Part shown: positions 59,967-64,000 of the stretch, in pieces
How the letters are laid out: the number at the start of each line of letters is the position of its first letter
Position numbering within the stretch: the first letter of the stretch is position 1
Assembly: GCA_951812955.1 (NCBI GenBank)
Contig: OX638340.1
Location: 864,001 to 928,000, forward strand
Source of the DNA: an uncultured Gemmatimonadota bacterium
Lineage (GTDB): Bacteria > JAAXHH01
Reading direction: 5' to 3'
DNA length: 64,000 nucleotides
Program-made: the position numbers and the translations under genes
The notes under the pieces: generated by a model
Databases searched by the model: none
Seen by the model: the letters and a program-made list of their open reading frames with translations, nothing else
Told to the model about the DNA's origin: nothing

Positions 59967-62378
59967 CTACAATTTCCGGTTCAGCTTGCGGAGGTGATCG
60001 ACCGTAAGGACTCTTTCCCGGGCCGGGGCGCCGGCGGGACCGGCCGCTTTGTTTCGGGGCTTCCTGTTCCGTCGTTTCTTCTGTGAATCCACCTTTGCAG
60101 ACGCCTCCGGCTCGCTCGCCGCGACCGGTTGTTCGGACTTATCCGTTTTGCCGCCGACGGCCTGTGCTGCCTGCATGTTCTTCGCCGGCCTCCGCCTTCT
60201 TCGGCGATCCGGCTTCCCGTTCTGCTGACCCTGCTCTTCCCGCATGGACAGCGAAATCCGGTTTCTCTCCTGGTCTACACCGAGCACACGCACCTCTACC
60301 TGCTGCCCCACCTTGACCGCTTCGCCCGCATGCTTGACATACCGGTCCACGAGCTGGCTGATATGCACGAGCCCATCGAGGTGGACCCCGACATCCACGA
60401 AGGCGCCGAAGTTCGTGACGTTGGTGACGACACCGTTGAGCCGCATCCCTTCCTTGACTTCATCGATGGTATGGATCCCTTCGGTGTATTCAACCGGCTT
60501 GAACGCGTCGCGCGGGTCGCGCCCCGGCCGTGCCAGTTCCACCATGATGTCCTCGAGGGTAGGCAGTCCCACGGTGTCGTTGACGTAGGAATCGAGCGCG
60601 ATTCGGCTCCGTAACTCAGCATCGTCCATGAGATCCTTCACCCCGCACTTCTGGTCGCTGGCCATCCGGTCCACGATACCGTAGCTTTCAGGATGGACGG
60701 CACTGGCATCCAGGGGGTTCTCGCCGTTTCCTATTCTCAGGAAGCCCGCGGCCTGTTCGAAGGCCCGGGGGCCCAGGTTCGGAACCTGCTGCAGATCCGT
60801 CCTCGCTGAGAAAGGTCCCGCCGACTCGCGGTGGGCAACGATGTGCTTCGCCAGTGCGGGTCCGATGCCGGACACGTAGGACAGGAGCTGGGCGCTGGCC
60901 GTATTCACTTCGACACCCACGTTGTTCACGCAACTCATCACCACGTCGTCCAGACTCTTCTTCAGAGACCCCTGGTCGACGTCGTGCTGGTATTGCCCGA
61001 CGCCTATCGATTTAGGATCGATCTTAACCAGTTCGGCAAGGGGATCCATAAGCCGCCGACCGATCGAAATCGCTCCGCGTACGGTGACATCCAACCTGGG
61101 GAATTCCTCCCGTGCCACGGCCGACGCCGAATAGACCGAAGCGCCGCTTTCGTTCACGAGCACGATGGACGGATCTCCGGCAAACTCGACCGTACGAAGG
61201 AACTGGGTCGTCTCCCGTCCGGCCGTCCCGTTGCCGACGGCGATGGCATCGAACTCGTACTGCTCGTGCAGGGACCGTAAGATCCGCGCCGCCCTTTCCT
61301 TCTTCTTCTCCCCCGAGTGGGGAAAGATGCTCGCTCTGTCCAGCAGTTTACCCTGTTCGTCCAGGCAGACGATCTTGCAACCCGTGCGGAAACCCGGGTC
61401 GATCGCCATGATGCGGCGGCGGCCCATGGGAGGCGCCATCAGCAGTTCCCGCAGGTTCCGCGCAAATACGAGGGTCGCCTCTTCTTCGGCCTTCTGGCGG
61501 ACATGGGACCTCAATTCCGTTTCGAGAGACAGCGAAAGCAGGCGGCGGTAACTGTCGGAGACGGCCAGGCGTACCTGCTCGGACGCGGGGCCTTCACCCT
61601 TGACGAACTGTTTCTCGAGACCCGCGATCGCCTCTCCTTCCGGCGGGGCGATGGTCAAGCGCAACACGTCCTCTTTCTCACCGCGCCGAATGGCGAGCAC
61701 GCGGTGCGAAGGCGCTTTCACAGCCGGCTCGGACCAATCGAAATAATCCCGGAACTTGATCCCCGATGATTCCTTTTCCGCTACCACTGTAGACCGGATT
61801 ACCGCCTTTTCGTGGAACAGCCGGCGCAAAGTAGACCTCGCCGTCGGATCTTCGTTAATCCATTCGGCGATGATGTCGCGAGCGCCGGACAGGGCATCTT
61901 CCGCGGTGGCGACTTCCTTTTCCGGATCGACGAATGCCGCGGCTTCCGCTTCCAGGTCCACGTCCTCCTGCCCGAATATGCGCTCCGCCAGGGGTTCCAG
62001 GCCCTTCTCCCGGGCCGCCGTGGCCCTTGTGCGACGCTTCGGACGAAATGGAAGGTAGATATCTTCCAGCGCGGTCAGAGTTTCCGCGGCGCGTACTTTC
62101 GATTCCAGCTCGTCGGTGAGCAGGGAGCGGTCTTTCAGGGAGGCAAGGATCGAAGTCCTGCGCTTTTCGAGTTCGCGGAGTTGGACGATCCGGTCTCGGA
62201 TCGCCGTGACGGCCACTTCGTCAAGCGACCCCGTTCGCTCTTTGCGATAGCGCGCGATAAAGGGTACCGTGGCTTCTTCATCCAGCAGCCGCGCTACGGC
62301 TTCCACCTGCTCGGGCCGGATGCCCAGTTCATTGGATATCTGCGTGATATGCGTGGTGATATGCGTGTCTTCACTCAT
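59967..62378 (-). CDS. tex: Transcription accessory protein Tex (S1 domain)
   Basis: 803 aa: N-terminal HTH, YqgF-like, HhH and C-terminal S1 domains, followed by a basic tail. Confidence 0.85.
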   Translation of the reverse strand: MSEDTHITTHITQISNELGIRPEQVEAVARLLDEEATVPFIARYRKERTGSLDEVAVTAIRDRIVQLRELEKRRTSILASLKDRSLLTDELESKVRAAETLTALEDIYLPFRPKRRTRATAAREKGLEPLAERIFGQEDVDLEAEAAAFVDPEKEVATAEDALSGARDIIAEWINEDPTARSTLRRLFHEKAVIRSTVVAEKESSGIKFRDYFDWSEPAVKAPSHRVLAIRRGEKEDVLRLTIAPPEGEAIAGLEKQFVKGEGPASEQVRLAVSDSYRRLLSLSLETELRSHVRQKAEEEATLVFARNLRELLMAPPMGRRRIMAIDPGFRTGCKIVCLDEQGKLLDRASIFPHSGEKKKERAARILRSLHEQYEFDAIAVGNGTAGRETTQFLRTVEFAGDPSIVLVNESGASVYSASAVAREEFPRLDVTVRGAISIGRRLMDPLAELVKIDPKSIGVGQYQHDVDQGSLKKSLDDVVMSCVNNVGVEVNTASAQLLSYVSGIGPALAKHIVAHRESAGPFSARTDLQQVPNLGPRAFEQAAGFLRIGNGENPLDASAVHPESYGIVDRMASDQKCGVKDLMDDAELRSRIALDSYVNDTVGLPTLEDIMVELARPGRDPRDAFKPVEYTEGIHTIDEVKEGMRLNGVVTNVTNFGAFVDVGVHLDGLVHISQLVDRYVKHAGEAVKVGQQVEVRVLGVDQERNRISLSMREEQGQQNGKPDRRRRRRPAKNMQAAQAVGGKTDKSEQPVAASEPEASAKVDSQKKRRNRKPRNKAAGPAGAPARERVLTVDHLRKLNRKL

Positions 62379-63609
62379 GATGTTCAGTGGCCTCGCTTGT
62401 CGATCGGCCGCCCAGGATCGTCCTCAGACGCAGGGCTACCCGTTCCGGTTCACCGGGCTTCAGGCAGACCGGTCCGAAAAGCACGATCCCTTCCGAAATC
62501 CTTGCGGAATTGGCCTGGATGGGGGGACTGCCCTGTTGCAGTTCAAGGATCACGTCCAGGGCGGTTTTGCCCAATGCGGATTCGTCCAGTTTCAACTCTG
62601 TCATCGGTACCTCGCTGGGCCTGCTTTCGGTATCTATCGCGAACCGGCATCCCGGAATATCCCCGGCGGCGGCCACGAGTTCATCCATGCGATCCCGCCA
62701 CGCCGCGGCGCGTTCTTCAAGCTCCACTCCGGCAAAACGCCCAAGAGCGGTCAACAGGCCGACGATCTGTTCCTTCCCTACCTTGCAGGGCCTCCCGATT
62801 CCGTGGTGAGGCGCCCCGGGCAGAATCGACTTGTCGATGAGGGATTCGGGTGGATTCCACTGCTGCTTAAGTACGTCCATGTCAAGGTGCTGAAGCGCTA
62901 CGCACATGATGAGGTCCCGGCGGCCGCAGAGGATGCCCGAACCCTGGGGACCGCCGATCGCCTTGCCGCCGCTGAAGGCCACGAGATCGGCCCCCTGGGC
63001 AATGAAAGTCTGCAGGTTCGACCTTGGAGGCAATTGTCCCGCGGCATCGACGATTACCGGAACGCCGCGAGCGTGGGCGACTTCGACGACTTCCTCCAGG
63101 GGCGGCAGGGAGCGGGGATGGGCGACATAGCATATGGCCGCCGTTCGATCCGTGACGGCATCGGCGATCTCCCAGGCTTCGGTGTCCCGCACGCCGGCCC
63201 CGCTGTACCGGTCCGCAATCCCCACCTCGACGAGCTTTACGCCGACGGAACGGATCGCGTGGTCGTAGAAGTTACGCTGGCTGCGGGATATGATGACTTC
63301 GTTCTTCATGCCTTCGGTGTCCGGCAGCCGGTTCATCTTGCCGGGATCCGGTCCGGTGACGCATGCCGCCGTACCTAGAAGGAGACCCGCGGCCGCGCCG
63401 GACGTAACGTATCCTGCTTCGGCTCCGGTGATCTTCGCGATGATCCCGCTCGCCCGGGCCTGGAGTTCGGCGATGTCGACGCAGTACTGCGATGCCTCGC
63501 GCATGGCGTCCGCCACTTCGGGATCCATGATACCGCCGCTTAGTCGTGTCGTGGGTCCCGATGCGTTGATGATCGGACGTATGCCGATCTGCTCGTAGAT
63601 GTTGGGCAT
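62371..63609 (-). CDS. SelA-like PLP-dependent enzyme (L-seryl-tRNA(Sec) selenium-transferase / DgaE-like family)
   Basis: MPNIYEQIGIRPIINASGPTTRLSGG N-terminus typical of SelA-like proteins. FSGGKAIGGPQ PLP-lysine region. Confidence 0.6.
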   Translation of the reverse strand: MPNIYEQIGIRPIINASGPTTRLSGGIMDPEVADAMREASQYCVDIAELQARASGIIAKITGAEAGYVTSGAAAGLLLGTAACVTGPDPGKMNRLPDTEGMKNEVIISRSQRNFYDHAIRSVGVKLVEVGIADRYSGAGVRDTEAWEIADAVTDRTAAICYVAHPRSLPPLEEVVEVAHARGVPVIVDAAGQLPPRSNLQTFIAQGADLVAFSGGKAIGGPQGSGILCGRRDLIMCVALQHLDMDVLKQQWNPPESLIDKSILPGAPHHGIGRPCKVGKEQIVGLLTALGRFAGVELEERAAAWRDRMDELVAAAGDIPGCRFAIDTESRPSEVPMTELKLDESALGKTALDVILELQQGSPPIQANSARISEGIVLFGPVCLKPGEPERVALRLRTILGGRSTSEATEHHE

Positions 63610-63942
63610 GTATGACCCTGGCGTGAATCGAAGGTGGTGCCTAGAAAGCAGCACTAATCCTATTACATCGGACCCTGGTATGCAACCTGTTTTTTTCGCG
63701 TGGGCGGGAGACGGTGGGGTTGCCCGCCGGATCGCATTCCGCGCATGACGCGGAAATACAGGTTTCGATCACGCAGGGAAGGGCGCTCTAGCCGGCGTGG
63801 AACGGCGACCGGCCCGCTGCGTCGACCCACGAGTATTGAATTGACGCGGCGTTACGTTAAGGCTATTTTAGACCGTGGAAAAACCGTCGCGAGAAGGCAC
63901 TGAACGTCGTGTCAACCCAGAATCCAGGTAAGCAGTAGCCCA

Positions 63943-64000
63943 ATGGCCCACAGAGATTTACAATCGTTCGTCGACCTGCTCCGGGACGAAGGCGAGTTAA
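63943..64000 (+). CDS. Start of a UbiD-family decarboxylase-like gene (partial, runs off the window)
   Basis: MAHRDLQSFVDLLRDEGEL matches the conserved UbiD N-terminus (M..DLR.F...L...GEL). Confidence 0.4.
   Translation, partial: MAHRDLQSFVDLLRDEGEL

Noticed and set aside
63655-63942. A possible tRNA or other RNA gene in the 288-bp spacer (a GGTTTCGATC T-loop-like string was seen)
   Set aside because: No acceptor/D/anticodon/T cloverleaf could be assembled around it by eye, so it was left as an unannotated structured spacer.
1-64000. Mobile elements, prophage, or a defence island such as restriction-modification or toxin-antitoxin
   Set aside because: No integrase, transposase, recombinase, phage structural or Cas/RM signatures were seen in any frame. 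The GNAT gene has no adjacent small antitoxin-like partner in operon, since the small low-GC gene is divergent from it rather than co-transcribed.

Overview
Overall this is a high-GC (~65%), densely coded bacterial chromosomal segment holding about 55 protein-coding genes on both strands. There are no rRNA or tRNA genes, no CRISPR array, and no integrase or transposase. I could not place it taxonomically from sequence alone.

Gene content, in order along the window:
- sucA-sucB (2-oxoglutarate dehydrogenase E1/E2), followed by an NfeD-SPFH membrane pair.
- argG, then a block of catabolic-type genes from 8.5 to 20 kb: secreted M14 carboxypeptidase, nucleoside hydrolase, SDR, a degenerate AMP-binding fragment coupled to a family-III CoA-transferase, a bicupin with a ~330-aa polyacidic repetitive tail, two aldo/keto reductases, two tandem amidohydrolase-2 paralogs, an SGNH hydrolase and a Gfo/Idh/MocA oxidoreductase.
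- APC permease plus a TPP enzyme, a HisJ-type phosphatase, tyrS, and a second 2-oxoacid dehydrogenase operon (E1alpha/E1beta/E2) with lipB.
- A nitrilase-family hydrolase, a xylose-isomerase-like protein and a UXS-type epimerase/dehydratase.
- A MoxR / DUF58 / BatA-like vWA / giant 1141-aa membrane coiled-coil protein module.
- An HDAC-family deacetylase, a frameshifted aromatic-amino-acid decarboxylase, and lexA divergent from a YtfJ/GerW-like gene.
- An OPT-like transporter, a DUF815 ATPase, a coxMSL-type molybdenum hydroxylase operon (not form-I CODH) followed by a MoaD-like GG protein and a DUF167 protein.
- tex, a SelA-like PLP enzyme, and the start of a UbiD-like gene.

Notable non-coding structure:
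- An 18-bp x6 tandem array immediately upstream of a VOC gene, with a related motif 3' of the SPFH gene.
- Several 30-45 bp tandem duplications in intergenic regions, one spanning a stop codon and one duplicating a start codon.
- A perfect 9-bp-arm palindrome in an AT-rich promoter region ahead of the cox-like operon.
- Two apparent single-base frameshifts (the DUF72 gene and the AADC gene).

Start coordinates were refined by hand where the ORF track over-extends. The track also counts GTG/TTG as start codons.
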